DNA from: Terriglobales bacterium
GTDB lineage: Bacteria > Acidobacteriota > Terriglobia > Terriglobales > Acidobacteriaceae
Reading direction: 5' to 3'
NCBI GenBank assembly: GCA_035632335.1
Contig: DASQHA010000244.1
Location: 16,335-80,334 of the forward strand
DNA length: 64,000 nucleotides
Below the pieces are notes generated by a model. The model made no database searches. It was not told where the DNA came from and saw only the letters and a list, made by a program, of their open reading frames with translations. Below, piece after piece: positions 1 to 8,624 of the stretch. The position numbers were made by a program, and so were the translations under genes. Position 1 is the stretch's first letter, and each line of letters opens with the position of its first letter.

Positions 1-8
1 CCGGAAAA

Positions 9-926
9 TTGCTTTCGGTACTGCAGGACGCTCCGAAGGAGGCCGAGGCCTACGAGCGGTGGCGGGACGGGGAGTTCCTCGAGGTTGAGCGCCGTTTTGC
101 GAGGTCGTGGCGAGAAGCCCTGAACGGAATTGATTTGCTCGCTTTAGCTGGAGCGATGCGGTCCTTCGGGGTTACGCCACAGAATTGCAGGTCTCTGGAG
201 GAGGCCAAAGCGATGGCAGATGGCCTGGTGGCGAACACAGACGTTCCTGCCCTCATAAAGCTCGCCGTGATCATGCTGGGAGGGGACCGGACGCTTGAGG
301 AATTAGCTTTGGCGCGGTGGAGGGAATCTGGGCAGAAATCTTTTCCAGAAACGGCACCCTACGCGGCCTATCTAGTGACGGTGGAGGTTTTCTTTCAGAT
401 TGCCCTAGCCGCCGACCAAATCGGCGCGAATCGCAAATCGAACCGCACGGATGTGGCCTACCTGTTCTATCTGCCGTTCTGCAACATATTAGTATCTTCG
501 GACCGCCTGCATGAACGATGTGCCCCGCATTTCCTTCGGAGAGATCAGCGGTTTGTGTGGGGGCCTGACCTGAAAGAGGACCTCAAGAGGTTGGCGGCAC
601 GATATAAAGAGCTGTCTGAGGATGATCAGAAAAGAGGGCTGGTCAGCTTTGCTTCGACGCCCCCTCGAGACGATGAGGATGGTCTGATAGCAAAGCTGTG
701 GGACATGCAAGGGCGTGATTGGCGGAAGGAACGTGAGCCTCTTCCTCCGCAGCTCATTAAGGCACTGGAAGAGGTCATGGCAAAGGCGTCCGTCGGGCAA
801 CCCGCAAGCTCAGACGAGATTGAGGGCGACATCTCGAATGTCGGCATGGTCAGTATGAACCGGACGGTGCGGCTGAAAAAAGGTTCCTTCTGGCAAGGGC
901 CGGCGGATGCAAAAACGGTTGAGTAG
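9..926 (+). CDS. hypothetical protein; 5' end may lie upstream of the window (frame is open back to base 3)
   Basis: 305-codon ORF with protein-like composition and GC-rich third positions. No family recognised. The TTG at 9 is only the first in-window start candidate. Confidence 0.5.
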   Translation: MLSVLQDAPKEAEAYERWRDGEFLEVERRFARSWREALNGIDLLALAGAMRSFGVTPQNCRSLEEAKAMADGLVANTDVPALIKLAVIMLGGDRTLEELALARWRESGQKSFPETAPYAAYLVTVEVFFQIALAADQIGANRKSNRTDVAYLFYLPFCNILVSSDRLHERCAPHFLRRDQRFVWGPDLKEDLKRLAARYKELSEDDQKRGLVSFASTPPRDDEDGLIAKLWDMQGRDWRKEREPLPPQLIKALEEVMAKASVGQPASSDEIEGDISNVGMVSMNRTVRLKKGSFWQGPADAKTVE

Positions 927-1038
927 TGGCGGGCTTGGTACGAGGTTTATGCCTCAGACGTTCGCGACCTTCCGCAGCGCCACCGGGTTCATGCAATAGC
1001 GCAAGCCGCTGGGAGCCGGGCAACCATATACTGGCGGA

Positions 1039-1497
1039 ATGATGCCTGACGAGGAGAATATCGGGGCCTTCCTAGCTGAGATCCGGTTTGATTCTTACAC
1101 CTTCCGGGATCTTCCTGAATCGGACAGGCAAGCCCTCCAAGAAATACTGGAGGCGTCGCCGATTCTCTCAAAAGCCAGAATCAACGATAGGCCACGCGAT
1201 GAGGAGCTGGATGAAGCTTACCTTGCGAGGTATGGCAGGTCAAGGCCGAAGGGTGGTCTTCATAGCGGCTTAGGTGAGGCTGTATATCTTTACCTTGCGG
1301 GCGTCGCCGTGTTGGCGAGCAAGAAAGCCATCGAAAAGGTCGTTGAGGAGCTTACCAAGCGGGTGTTTGAGTGGCTTGATGAGCGTTACAAAAGGCGGAA
1401 GGAAGTGGGCCTTGCGGAAGTGACGCTATATGGCCCTGACGGGCAGCAAATCAACCGTCAGGCAATCGTCTATGACGGCAGATTGCGCAAGCGATAG
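1039..1497 (+). CDS. hypothetical protein (152 aa)
   Basis: ORF follows 9..926 on the same strand. It has an acidic N-terminal half and one hydrophobic segment (AVYLYLAGVAVLA). No family recognised. Confidence 0.4.
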   Translation: MMPDEENIGAFLAEIRFDSYTFRDLPESDRQALQEILEASPILSKARINDRPRDEELDEAYLARYGRSRPKGGLHSGLGEAVYLYLAGVAVLASKKAIEKVVEELTKRVFEWLDERYKRRKEVGLAEVTLYGPDGQQINRQAIVYDGRLRKR

Positions 1498-1508
1498 ACT
1501 GACCACTC

Positions 1509-1540
1509 GACTGCTCGCGGACGGCAGACCGCAGGCAGTC
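1509..1540. terminator. candidate bidirectional stem-loop between convergent genes
   Basis: GACTGCTCGCGG (1509-1520) pairs imperfectly with CCGCAGGCAGTC (1529-1540), with one bulge. It lies between the stop of 1039..1497 and the stop of 1540..3240. There is no clear U-tract. Confidence 0.3.
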
Positions 1541-3240
1541 TATGGGGTGCCGTCGCCGAACAGGCGGGCGCCCAGATCAGCAAAGAAGCTCCGAAACGCG
1601 TCTTCTATTTCATCCCGCGGCTCGGGCTTGTCGTCAAGAAAGGGGATGTTCTTTCTGCGGAGCGGGACGAGCTGATCATGTCCGCCTCCTGCGCTTCGGA
1701 CGTGGGCGCGATAATAGTCGTCAAGCACGGTGGCGAATCCGTAGCTCGCGATGTCCGGCAACAAGTCTTCGAAATGCTCGACGTCAGCCAGGATCAGCGG
1801 CGCGACTTTCGGAGATTTCTTCCTGAAGACAGACCGATCGAAGTGATCATTCAGGTATCCCGACATGCCGGGACACAACATCGAATACTCCAGGCAAGTC
1901 ATCAGGGGGAAGACGATGCTCCATTTACGCATGGGCAACCCGGTCACCGACTCGCCCTGAAGCAGGCGCTCGATGCTCCGACGAAGCTGGGCGATGCCCT
2001 TGCGGCCGTCGTCGTCACCTGTGACGAACTTCTTCTTCACTTCTGGTTCGAGCTCATCAAGCCGACCGCTGAGTTTTGCATCGGCCCTGAGAACGCTGCT
2101 CTTGTACTCGCAGAAGACCAGTGCCGAACCGTCGACGAAGAGCCCGTCGCAGACTTCATCTCCGTTCGCGAATCGCGGGCTCTGAATGTAAGCATTGGCG
2201 GGAAAGCCAGCGTGGCGAATGCGGTCGTGCAAGTACCCTTCAAACGCGAGCCCGTATGCTCCCCCGAGCTTTGCCTTGGTCCCCTTGTCGGCGGCCCCGA
2301 ACAGAGTCCAGTAGAGTCCGCGCCCGGTCTTGTCCATCAAGCTCGCGACGTCGCAGCAATAATAACGCTCGCTGTCCACTTCCCGAACGACCGGCCACGA
2401 TTGGAATATGGTGGTGTCGGCGAGGGGACGCTTGCCCTGGGTTGGCAAGAAAGCCGCGAGTTCCTCGGCGGTGCGAGCCACAGTGGTCAAGAACGCCGTC
2501 AATTCAGCATCGGTCAGCTTCATGTTGCCGAACCGATTCTTGTCAACGAAAAACATGGGATCGTCGGCTATGAGCGACGCAGCCGTGATCATCCGGTATG
2601 GCGTCGCGATCAACAGGCACAATTCGACGAACTGGCGCGGCGCGAGACCAGTGGTGCTCCTGAACTCCGCTTCCAGGTCCACCAGTCCGGGCTGGTTCGC
2701 CAGCAGTTCGCGATTGCGCTCGAACATCTGCAGGCTGCGTATCAGGTCCGCACGGAAATCATAATGCGCCATGGCATTGTGATTGGCGAGTTGGTGGACG
2801 AGCAGATCGGCCACCCCAGTGATGGGCTCCGAACTGGCGGCAAGTTCATTCATCATGAGGCAGCAGGCGAGGATTTGCGCCGCTTGCGGAGGATCTTCAA
2901 TTCCGCGGGCGGCGGGGTTGTCGCAGGCGCTCAGCGCGAGCCGCGCCGTCGCCAGCAAGCCGAGGCGCGTGAAGAACAACCGGCGCGGCTTTCCAGGCAT
3001 CGAGTGCACATCCGCCCTAGCCGCATTCTTGAACACGTCGCGCGCCAAGCCATTGTCCTTTTCATAATCTGGCCGGAACCATAGGCGTAACGACGCGCTG
3101 AGCTTGGCGAGAACGATGAGCACGGATTCGCGCCGGTATTGCGCGAGGATCGTCCGCGCGCCCTCGATCGTCGGCGGGCGACTGAAGATCTCGGAAAAAG
3201 AGACGACGACGCCCATTTCAAGGCTTGGTGGTCTCGGCAT
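1540..3240 (-). CDS. hypothetical protein with PD-(D/E)xK nuclease-like motif near the C-terminal third
   Basis: 566-aa ORF starting at ATG 3240. Hand-counted third-position GC is about 72% in this frame, versus shadow-like composition for the antisense ORF 1678..3084. The segment GLAFEGYLHDRI ... VCDGLFVDGSALVFCEYKSS resembles an E / D / ExK restriction-endonuclease-fold core. Confidence 0.6.
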   Translation of the reverse strand: MPRPPSLEMGVVVSFSEIFSRPPTIEGARTILAQYRRESVLIVLAKLSASLRLWFRPDYEKDNGLARDVFKNAARADVHSMPGKPRRLFFTRLGLLATARLALSACDNPAARGIEDPPQAAQILACCLMMNELAASSEPITGVADLLVHQLANHNAMAHYDFRADLIRSLQMFERNRELLANQPGLVDLEAEFRSTTGLAPRQFVELCLLIATPYRMITAASLIADDPMFFVDKNRFGNMKLTDAELTAFLTTVARTAEELAAFLPTQGKRPLADTTIFQSWPVVREVDSERYYCCDVASLMDKTGRGLYWTLFGAADKGTKAKLGGAYGLAFEGYLHDRIRHAGFPANAYIQSPRFANGDEVCDGLFVDGSALVFCEYKSSVLRADAKLSGRLDELEPEVKKKFVTGDDDGRKGIAQLRRSIERLLQGESVTGLPMRKWSIVFPLMTCLEYSMLCPGMSGYLNDHFDRSVFRKKSPKVAPLILADVEHFEDLLPDIASYGFATVLDDYYRAHVRSAGGGHDQLVPLRRKNIPFLDDKPEPRDEIEDAFRSFFADLGARLFGDGTP

Positions 3241-3757
3241 CGCCCATTCATTATCCGGTACAAGAGAAGCCTTCTGGATCGGGAGTTCCTGCAGGAGAAT
3301 CTAAGTGCCGTTTCATGCGATGTCCCCGTTTCGACGGAGCATCTGCCGAAGGGTCCGCCGCATTTTTGATGGAGCACACTTGCCGCACACAAATCCCATT
3401 CATCGCACCGCAAGCGTAAGAAAACGCTGGACCGGTAGCAGCATTTGCTCTGATCAAAGCGAATCAGTGGCCAGTATCCCACGGGCAAGGCCGAAATGCG
3501 CTCCTGTCTACAAGATCAACGACCGGGGCTGGGAGTGCAAGGGGTCCTGCTCGAATCCGCAGGCTCGGCTGCATGCTTCCGTCTATTCGACTATCGAGGT
3601 AATCACGGTAAAAGCTATTGAGTGGCCTTGGCTTGATCGAGCTGAGGCCCAGCATGTGTAATGGGGATAATCGTCAGAAGTCAGTCCCGCTGGTGGCCCT
3701 TAAACTTTCTGGCAAACTCCTGCCTCCTGAGAACCCTCTTCTCCGCAGCTTGCTAGC

Positions 3758-6127
3758 CTAGTTGGGCAGATCTCTAATCATGACATTTTGAAACTGCACA
3801 TTTCCCGTATGGCACTGCAACCCGATGTGGCCCTCTTGCAGGCGCGGGTTGTTGGCCGGGACTGCGTAATTCGTAACCGGTTGGCCATTGAGCGTGACCT
3901 TGATGGTGGCCGCGGTCGCCTCGATTTCAAACGTGTTCCACTGGCCAGCAGAGTTGGACGCGATTTTCGAGGAAGGTGCCAGACCATAAACGGCACCCGT
4001 CTGGTGTAACGGACTGAAGTTCTGACCGGTGTCCACGTTGAAACCCATGTCATCGATCTGTATCTCGTAGCCTTTGTCGGACGCCAGCTTCCAATCGTTT
4101 GCAGGGTCGCTTGCATTCAGGGCCGGGAAACGGAGCAAAACGCCGGAGTTGTCGGCTCGACCGCCGGGAATGTTGGTCGTCGGATTGAACGAGAGCCAAT
4201 CGACCTTGAGGACAAAATTCCGGAATACCTCGCGCGTGTACCAGAGCAGACCTAGACCGTTCGGTCTCGCTTCTAGGATCGAACCGAAAATCGTCAGAAA
4301 ATCACCGCCACCAGACATTTGCCAGCCCTGACGGGATCCAGTGAACAAGGGCTTGAAGGCAGCACTCGGGGGAGGCGTCCGGCTGGTTACGATGGTATCC
4401 GCCGTTCGGCGGCCGAGTGTGGTGGCCGTGAGGGACGGGTTTGCCGAGCCGATAACGGGAAACAGCGCGGGACCGGCCACGTAGGCGTTTGCCACATGGT
4501 GAAACCTGCCAAACGAATCGGTTACCGACTGACCGGGCGAACCCATCCACAGGGTTCCTGCCTCGTGGTGAGTCGTACCGATTCCGTTCCGACTTACGTT
4601 GATGTTTTGGATGTCTGCGGGGTTTCCGGCCACGGCCTTAGCGAGGGCGACAGCGGCATTTTCCATCTCCTGCCAGGCCGTCATGTCGGCGTCCGACGGT
4701 TCGAGGTTCACCCAGGCGCGGGGACGATTGGTACGCGGGTCGGTCTGCCAGGCGAGGTTGACCCAACTCTTCTTCGTGTCCCCGGGTTGTGCGCTTGGAT
4801 GGCCGATCATCTGACCGATGACCCGGAAGGTGATGGGAATCCATGCTGGATCCTGGTTGGCCCGGATGCTGTCCAGCAAGTCCAGGTCCGGAACCGAAGT
4901 AAAGAGGTTAGCGTCCGAGGCGGGTCCGGCGCTGGCGGTCACCTGAATGTGGTACTCGTGCCCGTCGCTGGTGGCGCCGCGAACCAGCAGGGCGGCGATT
5001 TCCAGATCATTCGGCTGGGCGGGCAGTCCGGGGATCGCCGTGCGGCGGATCCGCGCAGTGATGTCGCTCCGCAGGTGAGCCATCAGATTGGCCCCCATAC
5101 GTCTTGTACCCATGGCCGGGGCGGGCAGGGAGTCCAGTGCGAGACGGGTAGACTCGACGGTACTGGCAGCCATTACAACCGTGCACTCAGTGGATAGCAG
5201 CGGCGGGCGGAGGAACTGCTGCTTACCGTTGACCAGCAGCTCTATTTCGGTGATTCGGTTGCCCGAGGTTTTTAAGCTTACGACTTGGGTCCGCGGCAGC
5301 AACATCAAGCGCCGCCAAGCATCAATGTTGTTCCGCCAGCGCCGCCCGATGTCTTCCCGTATAGCATCAAACAGCAGATACGCGCTGCTGTACTTGTCGA
5401 ACGGGAATAGGCCCGACTGCGGGGCTGCACCCTGCACAGCGAGCGGGGCGGCAAGTGGGTCATCCGCGGCCGTCTCACCAGCTCCCCGGACCAACTGACC
5501 GGCCCCGATGACGCTCTCGAACCGAGATCTCAACTGCTGAAAGAGCGGCCCGGAAATGTAGTCAGTAGTCGGCTGGACTCCCATTTCGGTTTCGACCGCC
5601 CTGTAGTTCGCGAGCAAATACGCGGCGGTATCGGCCGGCCATGCGGCTTGGTCAGCTGGCCGTGGACCAAGGTCGGCATCGGTCAGGCGCGGTGACCATC
5701 CGCCCCAAAACAGCGATCTTCCCCCGAGACAGTAGGCCAGCCCTGGGAACGCTTGATTGCTGTGCCAGGGATGCCCCCAAACTAGATTTTGCGTCCCCGG
5801 ATCCTGTGCGTTTGCGGCGACCACGCTCTCTTGCGGTCCGCCCAGACCCAGGCGGGGCATGTTCTGTACGTGCGTGGGAAGGAGGAACGACCCAGCCTCG
5901 ACCACCAGCACTCGAAGGCCGAGGTTCTCGCCGCGGCGGTAGAGTTTGTCGGCGATGTATCCACCGAACATGCCGGCCCCTATGACGACAATGTCAAACG
6001 GATCGCCGCCGTTGTTACTCACCTCGGGCCAGGTGCTGCACACCCACCGGCCCAGTACGTCGTGGGAAAACGAGGTTTGCTGGACATCTACCAAAGCCTG
6101 GGGATCCGGGTTAAGGGTTGGAAGCAT
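3758..6127 (-). CDS. GMC-family FAD oxidoreductase fused to a C-terminal DUF1080 (3-keto-disaccharide hydrolase family) domain
   Basis: Rossmann motif DIVVIGAGMFGG. GMC C-terminal signature GTTHHEAGTLWMG...NAYVAGPALFPVIGSANPSLT. C-terminal about 200 aa are DUF1080-like (GWQMSGGG...GYEIQIDD...GAVYGLAPS...HIGLQCHTGNVQFQNVMIRDL). Start set at ATG 6127, preceded by GGAGA, rather than the upstream ORF start at 6277. Confidence 0.85.
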   Translation of the reverse strand: MLPTLNPDPQALVDVQQTSFSHDVLGRWVCSTWPEVSNNGGDPFDIVVIGAGMFGGYIADKLYRRGENLGLRVLVVEAGSFLLPTHVQNMPRLGLGGPQESVVAANAQDPGTQNLVWGHPWHSNQAFPGLAYCLGGRSLFWGGWSPRLTDADLGPRPADQAAWPADTAAYLLANYRAVETEMGVQPTTDYISGPLFQQLRSRFESVIGAGQLVRGAGETAADDPLAAPLAVQGAAPQSGLFPFDKYSSAYLLFDAIREDIGRRWRNNIDAWRRLMLLPRTQVVSLKTSGNRITEIELLVNGKQQFLRPPLLSTECTVVMAASTVESTRLALDSLPAPAMGTRRMGANLMAHLRSDITARIRRTAIPGLPAQPNDLEIAALLVRGATSDGHEYHIQVTASAGPASDANLFTSVPDLDLLDSIRANQDPAWIPITFRVIGQMIGHPSAQPGDTKKSWVNLAWQTDPRTNRPRAWVNLEPSDADMTAWQEMENAAVALAKAVAGNPADIQNINVSRNGIGTTHHEAGTLWMGSPGQSVTDSFGRFHHVANAYVAGPALFPVIGSANPSLTATTLGRRTADTIVTSRTPPPSAAFKPLFTGSRQGWQMSGGGDFLTIFGSILEARPNGLGLLWYTREVFRNFVLKVDWLSFNPTTNIPGGRADNSGVLLRFPALNASDPANDWKLASDKGYEIQIDDMGFNVDTGQNFSPLHQTGAVYGLAPSSKIASNSAGQWNTFEIEATAATIKVTLNGQPVTNYAVPANNPRLQEGHIGLQCHTGNVQFQNVMIRDLPN

Positions 6128-6304
6128 GAAAGTCTCCTGAACTTGATTTCGTCTGTCCGTCAATACATTCTTTAACATTCTTTCATGGCGGTGCTGTGAA
6201 TGCCGCCGCCCATTTTGGTTGGGAAAAGCGGCCTCTCTTCCGTCAACTTCTAGACCACCCCGGAGCATCACGTTCAACTGTGCCCACAGTCGTCTCGTAG
6301 CCCG

Positions 6305-6336
6305 TTCAGGTAGTCCTAAGATTGATAGTTAACAAT
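6305..6336 (+). promoter_or_regulatory. copy of the shared TTCAG/TTAAGG box plus -10-like hexamer (weaker variant)
   Basis: TTCAGGTAGTC CTAAGATTGAT AGTT AACAAT has the same 11+11+4+6 geometry as the copies at 39.5-58.2 kb. It lies 94 nt upstream of ATG 6431. Confidence 0.45.
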
Positions 6337-6430
6337 GGTGTGTTATGAGACTACCCTCATGGTCCCGCCGCAGCGTCCCGCTCAGGCTCGAGTCCGAGCC
6401 CGATATCCGCCCGGCGCCGGGACAGCGGCG

Positions 6431-7096
6431 ATGAAAACTTCTCTCTTGCTTATGATTGCCCTTTGCGCCGCGTGGGCCTGTTCCGCAGAAGTCATCAGCT
6501 TTGACAACGCGCAGGTTGGCCCGATGGGCCCCGGCTGGACGGTGGCTATGACTCATTCTGGAGGTGCGCCCCAGTGGGAGGTGCGAAGTGACGATTCGGC
6601 ACCTAGCCAGCCAAATGTGCTGGCGCAGACTTCGACTGACCGCACCGCTGGACGCTTCCCTCTGGCCATCTGGGAGCGAACCCTTGTCAGAAATGGCACA
6701 CTCACCGTCAAATTCAAGGCCGTATCCGGGAGCGTCAATCAAGCAGCCGGCCTCGTTTGGCGCTATCACGATCCTGCCAATTACTATGTCGTGCGCGCCG
6801 ACGCACTTGAAGACAATATCGTAATGTATAAGGTCCAAAGCGGCGTGCGGATCTCTCTGGCTCCCAAGGGAAGGGTCTCGCGGAACTACGGAATCAAGTA
6901 TCAGGTGCCGAAGACGTGGACCACCCTGACCGTCACTTTCCATGGCGACCTCTTCACGGTGAGCATTGATGGCCAAAAACTGCTTGAAGTGGAAGATTCG
7001 ACATTCATCGGAGCCGGTAAGACCGGACTCTGGACCAAGGCCGATAGTGTCATCTACTTCGACGATTTTCAGGTTGTTGACGAAGGAAGCAAGTAG
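6431..7096 (+). CDS. secreted concanavalin/LamG-fold protein (paralog 1 of 3 in window)
   Basis: Signal peptide MKTSLLLMIALCAAWACSA. Clear similarity along its length to 41000..41620 and 54201..54821 (FDN..VG..PPGW, APSQPNVL, VKFK..SG, AGL[IV]WR..D..NYYV.RA, FDG.K..E..D..F..AGK.G.WTKADSV..FDDF). Confidence 0.8.
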   Translation: MKTSLLLMIALCAAWACSAEVISFDNAQVGPMGPGWTVAMTHSGGAPQWEVRSDDSAPSQPNVLAQTSTDRTAGRFPLAIWERTLVRNGTLTVKFKAVSGSVNQAAGLVWRYHDPANYYVVRADALEDNIVMYKVQSGVRISLAPKGRVSRNYGIKYQVPKTWTTLTVTFHGDLFTVSIDGQKLLEVEDSTFIGAGKTGLWTKADSVIYFDDFQVVDEGSK

Positions 7097-7346
7097 TTGG
7101 TAGTCGCACGTTCTGAACATTCAGCCGGTCGGCGAAGAGGCTGATACCTCAACCGTCGGCCGGATAGTCACAGTGACGTTGTGTTGTCTTCAGCCTCAGT
7201 GCCTACCTGGCCGGGCTATCTGGGCAATGGCAGCTACAACAGAGCCGTCTCCGAGTACTTTGCCAACGGTGTATTGATCGGAGCCGGCGGGATTATTGGC
7301 ATCCAGTCATAGCCGAATTCGTTCGTGGCGTTGCGTAACATCTGGA

Positions 7347-8615
7347 TCAATTGATCTTCTCCTCAGGGGGTCGGAGCGCTATGAATCCTCGATACAGCGA
7401 CAGGTCGTAGACGATCTTCAGAGTTCCCGCGACGAAGAATGGCAAGCTGATCAGCGAAGGGCGCGCGAACATAAACCCGACAAACACTGGCGCGATAGAA
7501 GCACCGATGGTTCGGGCGACGCCCGTTACGCCAGCCGCGGCTGACCGTTCTTCGGGGTGAACAACGGCCATGGTGTATGACTGTCTGGTCGGCACGTCCA
7601 TTTGGCTGATACTGAATCGTAGCAGCAGAACGAAGATTGCTAGCGGGAGAGTCGGCATCAGGGGAACGGCAATGAGCAGGACATTTGAAGGAAGATGTGT
7701 GAAAACCATCGTCTTCACCAGACCAAACCGTGTTGCGAGCCGGGAGGCCAATAATGCGGACACTCCCGCAAATACATTTGCCCCAAAGAAGATCGCCCCA
7801 AGGGTCGCAGGATTGACACCAAACCGGAGGTAAAACCAGTAGGCCGCGAAGCTCTGAGCCACAAAGCCACCTGCGAACGAGTCCAGGGCGAACAGGGCAG
7901 ATAGCCTCAGCACCACGTCGCGTGAGCGAGCAACGCCAAAGGAAGCTTTCCCAGCAGCGTGAGAGGGGAATTCTCCAGCCGCTCTTACTTCCACGGCAGT
8001 TGAAAGGCGCGTGAAGAAGAGCGCCAGCAGGATGCCTACCACGGCGTAAAGAATGACCACAGTGCGGTAGCTTGCGGCGGGCGTCATTGCGGTTCGTCGC
8101 AGCATGCTGGGAAGAAGTCCGCCACAAAACGAACCGATGGCGGTGGCAAAGGAGCCTGCCAACGTGTACCAGGCGAACACTGTGGTCCTGGTCCGGTTGG
8201 ACACCACACGAGAGAGCGCGGCCTGTTCAATCGATAGGAATGGTCCCACTTCGTTGCCACTCGGGCTGATCACTCCAATCGTCCCCGCAATCGTCAACGC
8301 CAAGAGGCTGGAAGTGGAGGCGAAGGTCAGACCAGCGCCAGCCATGAGGACAGCGCCAATGATCAGCATGCGCCGGCGTCCGATCCGGTCCGCCCAGGTC
8401 GTCAGAAAGAGGGAGACGAAAGTATCGCCGACGAGCGTCAGAGTGAGAAGCATCCCCGTTTGGGACTCGCTCAACCCAAGGCTGGTCAGATAGAGGACCA
8501 ACACGACGGATAATGCGCCGTAAGCGAACAAGCGCGTGAATCGCGTGACGAACAACAGCCATCCGTCACGCGTCAGGTGCTTGAGCGGATTGTCCTTCAA
8601 GGCGCCAGCCAGCAT
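7347..8615 (-). CDS. MFS transporter
   Basis: 422 aa and about 12 hydrophobic spans. MFS motif A-like WADRIGRRRMLIIGA. Confidence 0.85.
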   Translation of the reverse strand: MLAGALKDNPLKHLTRDGWLLFVTRFTRLFAYGALSVVLVLYLTSLGLSESQTGMLLTLTLVGDTFVSLFLTTWADRIGRRRMLIIGAVLMAGAGLTFASTSSLLALTIAGTIGVISPSGNEVGPFLSIEQAALSRVVSNRTRTTVFAWYTLAGSFATAIGSFCGGLLPSMLRRTAMTPAASYRTVVILYAVVGILLALFFTRLSTAVEVRAAGEFPSHAAGKASFGVARSRDVVLRLSALFALDSFAGGFVAQSFAAYWFYLRFGVNPATLGAIFFGANVFAGVSALLASRLATRFGLVKTMVFTHLPSNVLLIAVPLMPTLPLAIFVLLLRFSISQMDVPTRQSYTMAVVHPEERSAAAGVTGVARTIGASIAPVFVGFMFARPSLISLPFFVAGTLKIVYDLSLYRGFIALRPPEEKIN

Positions 8616-8624
8616 CCGAGCTCG

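Noticed and set aside
1678-3084. 468-codon plus-strand ORF
   Set aside because: It is antisense to 1540..3240. Its translation is Arg/Gln/Glu/His/Gly-rich and shadow-like, while the minus frame has high third-position GC (about 72% over the stretch I counted) and protein-like composition.
3490-3575. tRNA-like T-loop string (CCTGCTCGAATCCGCAGGCTCGGCTGCA)
   Set aside because: I could not fold a cloverleaf. The T-stem needs an 8-nt loop, no matching 5' acceptor strand (AGCCGAG) lies at the right distance, and there is no D-arm consensus. It could at most be a tRNA 3'-end relic, which I cannot verify by eye.
3305-3661. 118-codon ORF in the 3241-3757 spacer
   Set aside because: The composition is not protein-like (Arg/Ser/Cys/His-rich) and there is no RBS. 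I treated the region as non-coding.
3690-3720. CCTTAA-containing string (reverse complement GCCAGAAAGTT TAAGGGCCACC) resembling a box half-site
   Set aside because: There is no TTCAG partner and no -10-like hexamer at the right spacing, and it lies about 460 nt from the nearest downstream start.
7145-7312. Short open frame ending ...SVPTWPGYLGNGSYNRAVSEYFANGVLIGAGGIIGIQS between the convergent genes
   Set aside because: It is under 60 codons, with no ATG or RBS and no family resemblance. It may be a gene remnant, but the evidence is insufficient.
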